A DNA stretch of 64,000 nt from a virus. The stretch is from positions 32,001-96,000 of the IMG/VR virus record IMGVR_UViG_3300045738_001212; one strand, given 5' to 3'. The notes beneath the pieces were generated by a model. It worked only from the letters and a program-made list of their open reading frames with translations. It had not been told where the DNA came from and made no database searches. This document shows, in pieces, positions 49,138-58,896 of this stretch. Position numbers and translations under genes: made by a program. Position 1 is the first letter of the stretch, and each line of letters starts with the position of its first letter.

Positions 49138-50608
49138 TCTTACCTCCCAGCACGTAATTCTTAATGTTCATCGCCGCCAGCTTGTCGCGGTCATTCACCA
49201 CTCCACACTCAGGACACTCCCACACGCGCTGTGAGAGCTTTAAATCGTTGTAGATGTACCCACAGCCACACTTTTTAGATGTAGGCTCAAAACGGTCAAT
49301 TCTGATCATGTGTTTACCCGAGTGGTCGGCCTTATATTGGAACTTCGTGAAGAAGCTCCCCCAAGCAACGTCACTGATTCGGCGACTCATACCTCGCTGC
49401 TGGGCTCGACCATTGCGCTTATATTTTCCGTCCTTACCCTTTATGGGAGCTTTCTTTTCCTTCATTTGGGCAATGTTCAAATCCTCAACCGCAAAAGCAT
49501 TGAAGGGCATGTCTACTAGCGATCTGCTAAGTTCATGAGTGAAGTCGTCTCTCTTGTTTTTAATAGCCTCATCGATCTTCGCGCAAACCAGTCTTTGCTT
49601 ATTGTAGTTCTTACTCTTGAACTCCTTTCTAGCGAGCCGCCTTTGTCGAATTTTCTTTCGACGCAAGAGTCTTTGGTCGGTTTTGTACGGAGATAGCTTA
49701 TCGTCCGAGTATTCAAGCCCGAACTTGTCTAGGAAAACAGAGTTCTCAATTTTCGATTCGTCTGAAAGAGTTATGTAGTTTTTAATCCCTACGTCAATCC
49801 CAACAGTATTGGACTCATCAAATTCTTTCTTCTCTGGCATCGGAACTCCAGTATCCACGGGAATGAATACGTAATATTTATTCGTTGGAGTCCGAGTGAA
49901 AACGCACATGCCGAGTTTGGCCTTTGGGTGCTTCTCCAAAAACTCTTGCATGTTGATGTGCTGCTTAAACTTAATCCAAGTTTTGCACAGGGGCAGCTTG
50001 AATCGATTTTTTTCCCACTCCCATTTCATTTGGTTCGCTTCGCAATCAAAGTATTGGTTGTCCATCCAACTTCTAAAACGGGGGAATCCTTTATTTGGTT
50101 TTTTTGCAAAGTCTTTTTTGCTCTTCCAAAAGCCCTTAACTCTACGCTTTTTAAAACCCTCCCTATATGAAACTGCCAGCCTTTTGTATTGCCCTCCGAC
50201 AAGCCTACTCGGTGTTTCTTTTATCCAGTTGTATTCTTTGTCGTCGCCCTTTCTAAGCTTACGAAAATCTTTATCGGCCTGAGCAATGTCCAGCAACGGA
50301 AACCCAGAACATCTAATCTCTTTCTGGACTGCCTTATGTTCGTCTGACTTCTCTTCGTATACCCCGTCAGCAAGGTCTTTTTTCATTTTATCCTTAAGGT
50401 CTTGAAGATGTTTTTCGCCCCCAGACTTTTTCCATTCCTCGGTTCGTTCGTTTCTGGTATCCCAGTTTTTGGTTTGTCGGTCTACTTGCCAATTCCAATA
50501 CTTGCGGGCAGCGGCGAAGCTTTTGCTGAGAAAGTGGGTGCCGTCTTTATTTGTGTCAATTCGGTATTTTATGGCGATGACGATATTCTTAAGTTCTTTT
50601 TTGTCCAT
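49130..50608 (-). CDS. TnpB/Cas12f-like RNA-guided RuvC nuclease
   Basis: N-terminal KYRI...F...R..WN, GFPRF, RuvC-I VGIDVG, RuvC-II AVEDL, Zn finger PTSKKCGCG...CPECG, RuvC-III DRD..AAMNI. Confidence 0.9.
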   Translation of the reverse strand: MDKKELKNIVIAIKYRIDTNKDGTHFLSKSFAAARKYWNWQVDRQTKNWDTRNERTEEWKKSGGEKHLQDLKDKMKKDLADGVYEEKSDEHKAVQKEIRCSGFPLLDIAQADKDFRKLRKGDDKEYNWIKETPSRLVGGQYKRLAVSYREGFKKRRVKGFWKSKKDFAKKPNKGFPRFRSWMDNQYFDCEANQMKWEWEKNRFKLPLCKTWIKFKQHINMQEFLEKHPKAKLGMCVFTRTPTNKYYVFIPVDTGVPMPEKKEFDESNTVGIDVGIKNYITLSDESKIENSVFLDKFGLEYSDDKLSPYKTDQRLLRRKKIRQRRLARKEFKSKNYNKQRLVCAKIDEAIKNKRDDFTHELSRSLVDMPFNAFAVEDLNIAQMKEKKAPIKGKDGKYKRNGRAQQRGMSRRISDVAWGSFFTKFQYKADHSGKHMIRIDRFEPTSKKCGCGYIYNDLKLSQRVWECPECGVVNDRDKLAAMNIKNYVLGGKND

Positions 50609-50609
50609 A

Positions 50610-50788
50610 ATTATAATCCTTATTAAGTTTGGGGGTGGGAGGGAGGATTATTTCACTCCCACCCCCGAGGATTTTGTTGCCCCGAAAGCGACCCTTATGT
50701 AGACGAGCTATATAAGAAATCTTAATCTCTCGTATCTGACAACCGTAACTTCCCGTCCAACCGACGGTAGAGTTCGTATCAGCGAACT
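50610..50788 (-). ncRNA. candidate tracrRNA/omega-like leader RNA
   Basis: non-coding, several hairpins, two AATCCTC anti-repeat segments and a GTTGT segment; TTGACT-N16-TATACT promoter at 50795-50822. Confidence 0.55.
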
Positions 50789-50818
50789 ATGAAGAGTATA
50801 CCTGAAACTGTTTTGAAG

Positions 50819-51979
50819 TCAAGAGTTTTTTCCGAAAACTTCGTTCGACTGTTGGGTAACGCGAACGAAAGTGGCGCACTTGGGCATATCCTTTAGCCTT
50901 CTTGCTCCGATGTAAGTGCAGGTAGAGCGTAATCCACCAAGAATATCTTCTATCGTGCGCTTAACAAGTCCTCTATGTTCTACCCTAACCGTTTTCCCTT
51001 CGGACGAACGATAGTCCGCAACGCCACCGTTGTGCTTTTTCATGGCCGTCTCGGAACTCATTCCGTAAAAAGTCTTATATTTTTTGCCATCTATTTCTTC
51101 TTCTTGTCCTTCGCACTCCGTATGTCCAGCCAACATCCCGCCAAGCATGACAAAATCAGCACCTCCACCAAAAGCCTTGGCAACGTCCCCAACACAGGTA
51201 CAACCGCCATCAGCCATAATATACCCGCCAACGCCATGAGCGGCGTCGGCACACTCAACCACCGCGCTAAATTGGGGATAACCAACACCAGTCTGAATAC
51301 GAGTAGTGCAAACAGAACCACTTCCAATACCAACCTTGACGATATCTGCTCCATTTAAAATTAATTGCTCCGTCATCTCGCCAGTGACAACGTTCCCAGC
51401 AATGATAATAAGTGCTGGGTGCTCTTCCCTGACCCGTTTAATAAAGTCACAAAACCTCGCGGTATAGCCATTGGCTGCGTCAATACAAACAAATTGAGTA
51501 TGATAAAAATTCCAAGTAATATTATGGAGGTAGTCCATATCGTCAAATTTATTTTCGTCGTATTTAATGCCAATAGAGGGAGATATATGTTCATAAATTC
51601 TATTTTGCCAACAAGCTGAGTCTGGATCATGTTTCCAGTCCGCTGAGTTAGCTTCCTTGCTTTCCTGTGTTTTGTAAACTCCGTAGCCATCCATCTTGTG
51701 TAGCCATCTTTTTATATCGTTGTGTTTGCTGATGCAGGTAAGCATACGGTGTCGAGCGAAAGCCTTTGCCATCTCAAAGGTTCCGACTGTATCCATATTT
51801 GAAGCTACAATTGGAACGCCTTTCCAACCGTAAGCTTTTGGGTCAGCACCTTCCCCGCCAGCGTTAGGAAAAGTAAACTCGCGAACCAAGTCAACTTCCT
51901 TACGAGAAGTTAAGGTGGAACGCTTCGGGCGAAGAAGAACGTCCTTGTAGTCTAATTTTATTTCTGGTTCAATTCTCAC
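50819..51979 (-). CDS. guaC: GMP reductase
   Basis: [47 protein letters not shown]. Confidence 0.92.
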   Translation of the reverse strand: MRIEPEIKLDYKDVLLRPKRSTLTSRKEVDLVREFTFPNAGGEGADPKAYGWKGVPIVASNMDTVGTFEMAKAFARHRMLTCISKHNDIKRWLHKMDGYGVYKTQESKEANSADWKHDPDSACWQNRIYEHISPSIGIKYDENKFDDMDYLHNITWNFYHTQFVCIDAANGYTARFCDFIKRVREEHPALIIIAGNVVTGEMTEQLILNGADIVKVGIGSGSVCTTRIQTGVGYPQFSAVVECADAAHGVGGYIMADGGCTCVGDVAKAFGGGADFVMLGGMLAGHTECEGQEEEIDGKKYKTFYGMSSETAMKKHNGGVADYRSSEGKTVRVEHRGLVKRTIEDILGGLRSTCTYIGARRLKDMPKCATFVRVTQQSNEVFGKNS

Positions 51980-52248
51980 TATGAATTATCTAAAGGATTA
52001 TTTTCATTTGGATTATTTTCCATACCACTCCCTAGCTCTATTTGGGTGGTGACAGGAAAGGGGGCGTTCATTTGTCGGTGTTTTTTCGAAATGATTCGTC
52101 TGAGATTTTTTCATTTTCCTCTGTTTCTTTTCAATTTTTTGATCAAGCAACCAGCCTTTAACAATCTGAGACTTGGTGAGGTCAGGGAATTCCTTCCTTA
52201 ACCGAGACATTTTTCTCTTGGATATCTGCGATTTCCCTTTCTTAGTTT

Positions 52249-52920
52249 TCATTTACGAACCAGTGGGGTTAAAATGAGGTATCCTGTATCGGAAAAAGAT
52301 TTCGTGATGTTATGGGTATCCTCAAATAACCTATATACGAAATCACTACCTCCAGAATTACTGAACTGATGCCTATCGGCCCAATTTCCCTCCTCAAACG
52401 CTCCCTCCTCGTAAATTCTCAAATCGTCAATGATCAAAACGTCTCCAGAGACATTTTTGTGTTCAACGATCATAGTTAGCTCGCTCTCAAGAGGTAACTC
52501 AATTTCATCTTTTTTGTTCTCGTCTCCGTCATGGTGATGAGTAGGCAAGTGAGCATCTAGCCAAAAGAAAGTCGGAACGTCTTTATTGTCCTCTAGTATC
52601 TTAGGCAAAACATCTGCGGAATGACCCAAATGAGAACGAACGCTTGGGACACTAGAGAAGTCATATTTATTGAAAGAGCTTTCTACCAACTCAACCGTGT
52701 AAATCTCCTCAAATGGCTTAATGTCATTTAAGCCCCATTCGCGAGTCGGACACCAATCATTTTCGAACTCGGCGTGAACCTTGACCCTTTCCTTCTCGTC
52801 ATTTATTCCTGCTAAAAATAGTGCCCCACGCGGAGGGCAACCCGTGCCTGTCTCAATGGCAATTTTAAGGCCGTGGTCGTCCTTGATCCTTTCAACTTCC
52901 CATTTCCATAGTACTCCCAT
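52249..52920 (-). CDS. methyltransferase-fold hypothetical protein
   Basis: IETGT, FFWLDAH, LIIDDLR. Confidence 0.55.
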   Translation of the reverse strand: MGVLWKWEVERIKDDHGLKIAIETGTGCPPRGALFLAGINDEKERVKVHAEFENDWCPTREWGLNDIKPFEEIYTVELVESSFNKYDFSSVPSVRSHLGHSADVLPKILEDNKDVPTFFWLDAHLPTHHHDGDENKKDEIELPLESELTMIVEHKNVSGDVLIIDDLRIYEEGAFEEGNWADRHQFSNSGGSDFVYRLFEDTHNITKSFSDTGYLILTPLVRK

Positions 52921-53171
52921 GCTTAAATAATATTAAATAATTTTAATAGGATCACCACCTGAAGAGTTAGGGTGCAGAAGCCCAAAAAGGTACGCAAAAA
53001 CTCCATTAGGTGATTATACCTGTCCAGTTTGTACTCCGTTTTTCTTAGCCAATCTGGACTATTTTCGTACTTACCCTCTCCAATTCCGACATTTTTGAGC
53101 TTTTTCCGAAATTTTGCCGCTTTTTTCTTCTGTTTTTCCTCTTCCATCTAAGGATTATGCTCCAGTTCTTC

Positions 53172-53402
53172 TTACATGTCAAGCCAATTTAAATAACCAT
53201 AAATATTTAAAATCACCAAAGCGAAAGACATCGCCGCTGTCGGATACGCTTCTTTCTTGAGGCAATAGATTCCTATAAGAGTATTTCCGACCACCCAGAC
53301 AAGCCAAGAACTTATCATCTGATTAGCGTTCAGGTAGTACCCGACAAGAACGAACAACGCCCCTATCCACCCTAACATGTGCGTTTCGTAATACTTCTTC
53401 AC
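53172..53402 (-). CDS. PnuC-like small membrane protein
   Basis: three TM helices, WLVWVVGN, NIYGYLNW. Confidence 0.6.
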   Translation of the reverse strand: MKKYYETHMLGWIGALFVLVGYYLNANQMISSWLVWVVGNTLIGIYCLKKEAYPTAAMSFALVILNIYGYLNWLDM

Positions 53403-54151
53403 ACGGTTGTGACTCCCCTCTTTGCGACCACTCGGGAGGCGCATTTATTTGCGAAATCTAAAGCTCTGGACGCGCTCTTGCAGGACATTATGTTCACGGC
53501 GAATGAGGCTAGAAAAGTATCTCCTGCCCCCGACAAGTCTTGGACTTCTCTCGCTTTAAATGATGGGTGTAGTTCTTTTTGGTAACGGCAGCCTTTCTCT
53601 CCTTGGGTAACTATAAGTTTATCCATCCAGACGTTATCAAAGTCTTCATTATCTTTCTTGTAGTGTTCCTTGCTTTTTTCGTACTCTTGCTGGTTTATAA
53701 CGAAGAATCTCATATCGCGCCCCAAGGGCAAAATAAAATTTTTCTTACTATGCACGAAGGTATTCGGATGGCTCTTACAAATCCAAGCAATATCTAGATT
53801 AGTAAGGAAGCCCTTATTATAGTCTGAGACGATTACCCCGTCATATCCCTCTAGACACCCCGGAGTTTGCTCGAACTTCTCCTTGGTGTGATCGTTTTCA
53901 TCAACCCTAAGAAGCATTTGGTTAGTTTTCATATCAACGTATCTTGATTTGATGATATGATTTTTGTTAGTAAATATGTCGCATTCGACACCGTGAGCCT
54001 CGACATTAGCTTGCACGTTTTTCGCCATCCCCCCGTTTGAAATTTCCTCTACTGGATTAAAAACAGGAACAGGTGCCTCTGGGCAAATCCTATCGCAGTC
54101 TCCATACTTAAACTTATCCGTGCAACTATCGCCTATTACTAAAAATTTCAT
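53399..54151 (-). CDS. PfkB-family kinase, HldE/RfaE domain I-like
   Basis: VIGD, RICPEAPVPV, GGMAKNV, SDYNKG, DLSGAGDTF. Confidence 0.85.
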   Translation of the reverse strand: MKFLVIGDSCTDKFKYGDCDRICPEAPVPVFNPVEEISNGGMAKNVQANVEAHGVECDIFTNKNHIIKSRYVDMKTNQMLLRVDENDHTKEKFEQTPGCLEGYDGVIVSDYNKGFLTNLDIAWICKSHPNTFVHSKKNFILPLGRDMRFFVINQQEYEKSKEHYKKDNEDFDNVWMDKLIVTQGEKGCRYQKELHPSFKAREVQDLSGAGDTFLASFAVNIMSCKSASRALDFANKCASRVVAKRGVTTV

Positions 54152-54759
54152 ATTAACCTTTGGCTTTCTTTGTCTTTGAAAAGTTTTTTCTCCGTGCAGT
54201 AATAACACCTAAGCAGATCGCTGTCTATCCCTAGCAGACGCCTTATTTCTACCAATTCGTATCCCGACAACGCCCTAAAGTCTGCTGTAGAAAGGTCTAC
54301 GTTACACCTACTGCCCGCCATTACGCCATTGTAAAAGACAAACCTCTCTTCTTCTCCAAACTCGTATCCCTCTGGATACAGATACTTGCAAACCCACATG
54401 AACAAATTTCTGCGCCACCTTCTCATCTTCTTAGCTGACCCCATCGTGTAGCCGATAACGAAAGCTTCATCTTTGACCAGCAGCCCCCTGCCTAAAACAA
54501 TATGTATACAATCATGAGTAAATAAATCTACTGCTCCAGTAAATAATCTAGATGTAAAATATTTAGGATTTTCAGTTAACTTAATCATTAATGGAACATC
54601 TTCTTGGGCCAGCGCAAAAGACTTCATGCTGTCTTTCGCTTTGCCTAACGTGATCTCCCTGCCTAAGCGGATATGCCACGCTTCAGCCCTTTCTTGGGCT
54701 ATCCGTTTCTGCCACCTCTCTTCTCCCTTAGCATACGCTTTGTGTTGTAGAGGGGTCAT
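54148..54759 (-). CDS. Coq4-like HDxxH protein
   Basis: HDCIHIVLG...DEAFVIG. Confidence 0.45.
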   Translation of the reverse strand: MTPLQHKAYAKGEERWQKRIAQERAEAWHIRLGREITLGKAKDSMKSFALAQEDVPLMIKLTENPKYFTSRLFTGAVDLFTHDCIHIVLGRGLLVKDEAFVIGYTMGSAKKMRRWRRNLFMWVCKYLYPEGYEFGEEERFVFYNGVMAGSRCNVDLSTADFRALSGYELVEIRRLLGIDSDLLRCYYCTEKKLFKDKESQRLI

Positions 54760-54761
54760 TT

Positions 54762-55499
54762 CTACTCATGTGCCGACTCGTCTGGCTTTAAATGAAAACC
54801 CCTAAACTCATCCCACCCCATCGCCTCAAGCTCCTCCTTAGTCCATTCGTGGGCCTTCCAATCTAAGGCTTCACTTGTACTTGGGAATTCTTCGATAAAG
54901 ATATTTTTTATGGCATTAGCTACGTCTCTATGTTCTTTCTGGGTATTTTCTTCTGTCCTTAACTGGATGTAATGAATCCAACTACGAACAGTCCCATTCA
55001 TGTACATCGTGGTCTGTGTGCCTAACGGAAGAACGGCTCTGGCGCATTCTTTAGCTACGCCAGATTCAATAAGCCTGTCGTAAACCTCTTTCGCTTTGTG
55101 CATTGAATCTAAAGCTAGGTCAATCAACGCGCTGTCTTTAACGGGAACCAAGCTGCTTTGCCTGTTTTTTGTTGCTGGAGAACGAAGCTCTAGGGGCTCA
55201 AGGTCTGTAGCTTGACTGTATCGTTGGCTAAATTCTTGAAAACTAAAGCTCCTATGTCTTAATATTTGCGCCGCTATCGCTCTGCTGGTGACTATCCCCA
55301 CGCACATGCTCGCGAGTTCGAATGGCGACCAATGCTTATGTTTGATAAGAAACTTAAGTAATTTTGGTGCGGTTTTTGTATTTGATTGATTCTCCGGGTT
55401 AGAGACTCTCGCGCAGTAGGCGATAAGGTCTTCTGCCGTTTTAGGCGAATGATGCAACGGGCGACGAGGTTTCGTAATTGAGATTAGCTCAACTTTCAT
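54762..55499 (-). CDS. thyX: FAD-dependent thymidylate synthase
   Basis: HWSPFE, RHRSFSFQEFSQRY, KECARAVLP, TQKEHR. Confidence 0.93.
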   Translation of the reverse strand: MKVELISITKPRRPLHHSPKTAEDLIAYCARVSNPENQSNTKTAPKLLKFLIKHKHWSPFELASMCVGIVTSRAIAAQILRHRSFSFQEFSQRYSQATDLEPLELRSPATKNRQSSLVPVKDSALIDLALDSMHKAKEVYDRLIESGVAKECARAVLPLGTQTTMYMNGTVRSWIHYIQLRTEENTQKEHRDVANAIKNIFIEEFPSTSEALDWKAHEWTKEELEAMGWDEFRGFHLKPDESAHE

Positions 55500-55785
55500 A
55501 AGATTAGAACCCGTTCTCTCTCATCCCTTCGGCAACTTCCCAAAGGCAGTCTTCTATCTTCGCTTCTACGCTATAGGTCTTTTTTACTGCATCTTTAAAT
55601 TCGCCCCACTCACTACTGCTTTCCCCAAACAAATCTGAAAGCTGGGTATCGTCATCAATATCAAATTCAAGCTTACCCGCCAAAAAGAGTAATTCTTCAA
55701 TTTGCCTATGGAACCTTTCGCTTGCGTAAGAGGGGTTCTCGAAATCGTGGATCGGTTCATCGTCTTCTGGGAAAATTGGCATGTT

Positions 55786-56037
55786 TTAGTCCTCCTTTTT
55801 GCTGTATCTAACCTCTTTGAATTTTTCTTTTTTGTAGTTTTTTCTTTTTATCACGAGGTCACGGTCATAATGGTCCATCATGTTCCCAATTCTGTAAAGA
55901 ACATCCCCCATTTCTTCTACTATGCCCTCGGAAAGGTCTTTGTGAGGCTTGTTTATTTGCTGCATCAAGACCGTGGCGAGTTCATTTAGCTCTTCCACGC
56001 ATTTGCGAAAATCATATTCTTTTAGGTCGTTAGGCAT
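55786..56037 (-). CDS. MazG-like NTP pyrophosphohydrolase
   Basis: EELNEL...EEMGDV. Confidence 0.7.
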   Translation of the reverse strand: MPNDLKEYDFRKCVEELNELATVLMQQINKPHKDLSEGIVEEMGDVLYRIGNMMDHYDRDLVIKRKNYKKEKFKEVRYSKKED

Positions 56038-56614
56038 ACTCTACTTTGCTCCAGTCTGTAAGTCTCTCGCCTGTTTGGGCGTTAACGAGGAAGGCTTTGC
56101 CCTCCTTGTCTTTGAGTTCGGCAATTTCGTCTACCTCCCAATGAATTTGTCTACCCGTATCTCCATTGAACCAATAGTGAGCAATGTGATACTCGGTAGG
56201 AGGCGCACCTTGGGACAAACTCTTGTCGTAATGATATACATTCCTGTAAAAAATATCATAAATAGAATCCATAAGATTTATGTCGTCTTTAGTTCTAACG
56301 TGCATATCAACAAAATCTGTAGCATCATCAAAGGCCCGAAAATGTAGGACGCCGCCGTCCATCCAGCCAGCGTAAGGCCAACCCTTATCTTCTTCAAAAG
56401 TCATATACTCTCTTTGGTGGGCAAAGCTACCTCTGATGTTCTTACTAAATGTCCATTCTCCCTGTCCTCGCTCATAACAGTAGACCCTGTAAGGCCAATC
56501 GCACTTACTTTCTTTCTCTGGCCCTTTTTCGTCATCTTCATATTTACAGGTAATTGCGATAGCTGGAATTGCCACCACAGGAACCGCCGATTTGATGAAT
56601 TGTCTTCTGTTCAT
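56030..56614 (-). CDS. hypothetical protein with Tat-like signal
   Basis: MNRRQFIK N-terminus. Confidence 0.55.
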   Translation of the reverse strand: MNRRQFIKSAVPVVAIPAIAITCKYEDDEKGPEKESKCDWPYRVYCYERGQGEWTFSKNIRGSFAHQREYMTFEEDKGWPYAGWMDGGVLHFRAFDDATDFVDMHVRTKDDINLMDSIYDIFYRNVYHYDKSLSQGAPPTEYHIAHYWFNGDTGRQIHWEVDEIAELKDKEGKAFLVNAQTGERLTDWSKVEYA

Positions 56615-57092
56615 GATTTATAGACTTTATAGAATTTACGTTTTCTGAGAGCTTTAAGCTCCTTGACGGAAGTCCCTTCTCCCAGCTTGTTATTTGCTCG
56701 GTCCATAAGAATCTTCGTGATAAATGTATGCATTCCTTTTTGGGTAACTCGCTTTTTTCCGGTCTGTTGCTTGTAATATTCCTCAAACATTTTATCCCAA
56801 ACATATCTAACAGTTACCGTCCCATCTTCCTCCACTTCATTTTCTGCTACTTTGAAATGCCCAGCGTTGCCAGCATCTTGATAGGCGGCTCCAGCCTTCA
56901 CTATCTTGTCTATCCCCGATCCTTCCTTATTTCTTTTTTTTCGGGGCACCGCTGTCTCCTGTTAAAATTCTGTTAATTCTAAATATGTGGAATTTAGCTT
57001 TTATTCTTTCCTCTATTTTCTCGGCCAAATCCTCTCGACACGCTTCAGAAGCCAAATTTAGCTGTTTGGCCGATTCGTCCTCAAACACCCCT

Positions 57093-57380
57093 TCAACAAT
57101 TTTTCTGAATTCGCGTGTCATATCTTTTTAAAAAAATAGGGGTGTGTTCACCGACGTATGCATCTATCACATTAAAAACAAAATACTCTTCCGCTTCCTC
57201 ATAGGACATCCCGTCACTTCGCAAAACCTCAAGGCACTTATCATAATCGTAACAAGCTTTCGGGACTACATCTTTCCCCGAAGCAATCCCCAAAAAAGCT
57301 TTTTCAAAATTATCAGCGAAAAGAACATTGTCCCTATCGTGGGGATAGTGCTCTTCAACGAAATTTAATATATCGTCCAC
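57093..57380 (-). CDS. conserved phage hypothetical protein
   Basis: MSYEEAEEYFVFNVIDAYVGEHTPIF motif. Confidence 0.65.
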   Translation of the reverse strand: MDDILNFVEEHYPHDRDNVLFADNFEKAFLGIASGKDVVPKACYDYDKCLEVLRSDGMSYEEAEEYFVFNVIDAYVGEHTPIFLKRYDTRIQKNC

Positions 57381-57930
57381 TATAGCTAAATTTCCCCGTC
57401 GGGGAAAAAATCATTTTTTTTCTTTGTCAAAAATTTTCTTAATTTCGCTAAGGAGCTCCGTCCTTTTCGCTTTAGACAGTTCCCCCTCCGACGCTTGCAT
57501 GGCTCTCACACAAGGGGCAACCTCCGCCAAAAGTTCTGCCAAAAATTGATCTTCTTCGCGTAACTCCTTGGGGTATGGGAATTTGGCCTGTTCTCCCTCT
57601 CTATCTTCGGTGTTAAACTTAAATGTATTCATAATCTTCCCAGAATAGTAACCTAATCTGGCTAAAAGTCAAGAAGAGAATCCATGCCCCCGTTGGCAAT
57701 CACCTACAAACAGCAGGAAATCTACGCCTGTAACCCTAGACCGCGTAGCTTCCGCTGCGGCAACATCTTGCTTCCAGAGGGCATGGACAGGGGGCTAGTC
57801 GCCCCCTTAAATTTTTTCTAACCCTTCAACTACCTCATCCCTTTCTACAATTGATTGAAATTCATTAACGCAAAGAATTGATGTCACTAAAGCCCTTGAA
57901 GCGGCCTCTTCGTGTTCTGAAGAATAAAAC

Positions 57931-58896
57931 TCATAGTCTAGGCTCTCGATTAGCCCAGCTATATGATTTACTTTCTTGTCTAGTTGCCGTGGAGACATTT
58001 TGGTTTTTTATCCAATTTTTAAGCCTGTCCTCTGGTGGAGATTTCAATAGTTTTTTTAGTCTATTTGTGTCTGCCCTGCTTGTCCTGACTTCTCCGGTTC
58101 TCCCCGGTTCAAATTCTATTGGCCAATCTACAGCCTTCGCTATGTCTAAAATGCTGTGACTCTCGCCTGTCCCTATGTTTATTATACCTCCCAAGATTTC
58201 TTTATTATCAGAAAAAGCGCACAAAATATTGTATCTGGCTACGTCTCCCACGTATATAAAGTCTCGCTCCTGCAAACCGTCTCCGTAAATCTTGAGCGAC
58301 CTACCTCCATCCTTAGCGTCTAAAAACGTCCCGATTACTGGAACGTAAGCCCCTCGTACTGGTTGCCGTTCTCCGTAAACATTGAAGTACCTCAAAGAAA
58401 CTGTCCCCAAACCGTAAACCTTATAATATGATCTCACCGCATTTTCACCCATGACCTTGCTTGCCGCGTAAGGATTCAACGGATCGGGAGCAAGGCTCTC
58501 TGTTAAGGGCGGATCAAGGGAACCGTACACGGAAGCAGAAGAAGAAAAGATAAGCCGCTTGCCTCCGTAAAGCCAAGTGCAATCTAAAACATTCATCGTG
58601 CTAGAAAAATTATTCTCTAAGGTCCGCCTTGGGTTTTGTATCGCTTCCTGAATATTGGAATAAGCGGCAAGGTGAAAAACATACTCTGGTTTTTTTTCAC
58701 GAAAAAGGGCAGCGGTCTTAGAGTAGTCGCATAAATTAAAACGATGATTGTCTGATTTTTTATTCCAATAAAACGAGTCGTGAGATGAAGACGATTCGTT
58801 ATCTACAACAGTAACCTCATGCTCCGACGAGATAAGAGCGTCTACTACGTGGCTCCCTATGAAACCAGCACCGCCAGTTACTAGGCATCTACTCAT
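57931..58896 (-). CDS. NAD-dependent epimerase/dehydratase
   Basis: TGGAGFIGSH, YAASK, LRYFNVYG, GDGLQERDFIYV. Confidence 0.92.
   Translation of the reverse strand: MSRCLVTGGAGFIGSHVVDALISSEHEVTVVDNESSSSHDSFYWNKKSDNHRFNLCDYSKTAALFREKKPEYVFHLAAYSNIQEAIQNPRRTLENNFSSTMNVLDCTWLYGGKRLIFSSSASVYGSLDPPLTESLAPDPLNPYAASKVMGENAVRSYYKVYGLGTVSLRYFNVYGERQPVRGAYVPVIGTFLDAKDGGRSLKIYGDGLQERDFIYVGDVARYNILCAFSDNKEILGGIINIGTGESHSILDIAKAVDWPIEFEPGRTGEVRTSRADTNRLKKLLKSPPEDRLKNWIKNQNVSTATRQESKSYSWANREPRL

Noticed and set aside
49130-50608. Ordinary IS200/IS605 or IS607 insertion
   Set aside because: No tnpA or serine resolvase adjacent and no evident element ends; the 3' side runs into a small ORF and the repeat array. 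A non-autonomous IS1341-type origin cannot be fully excluded.
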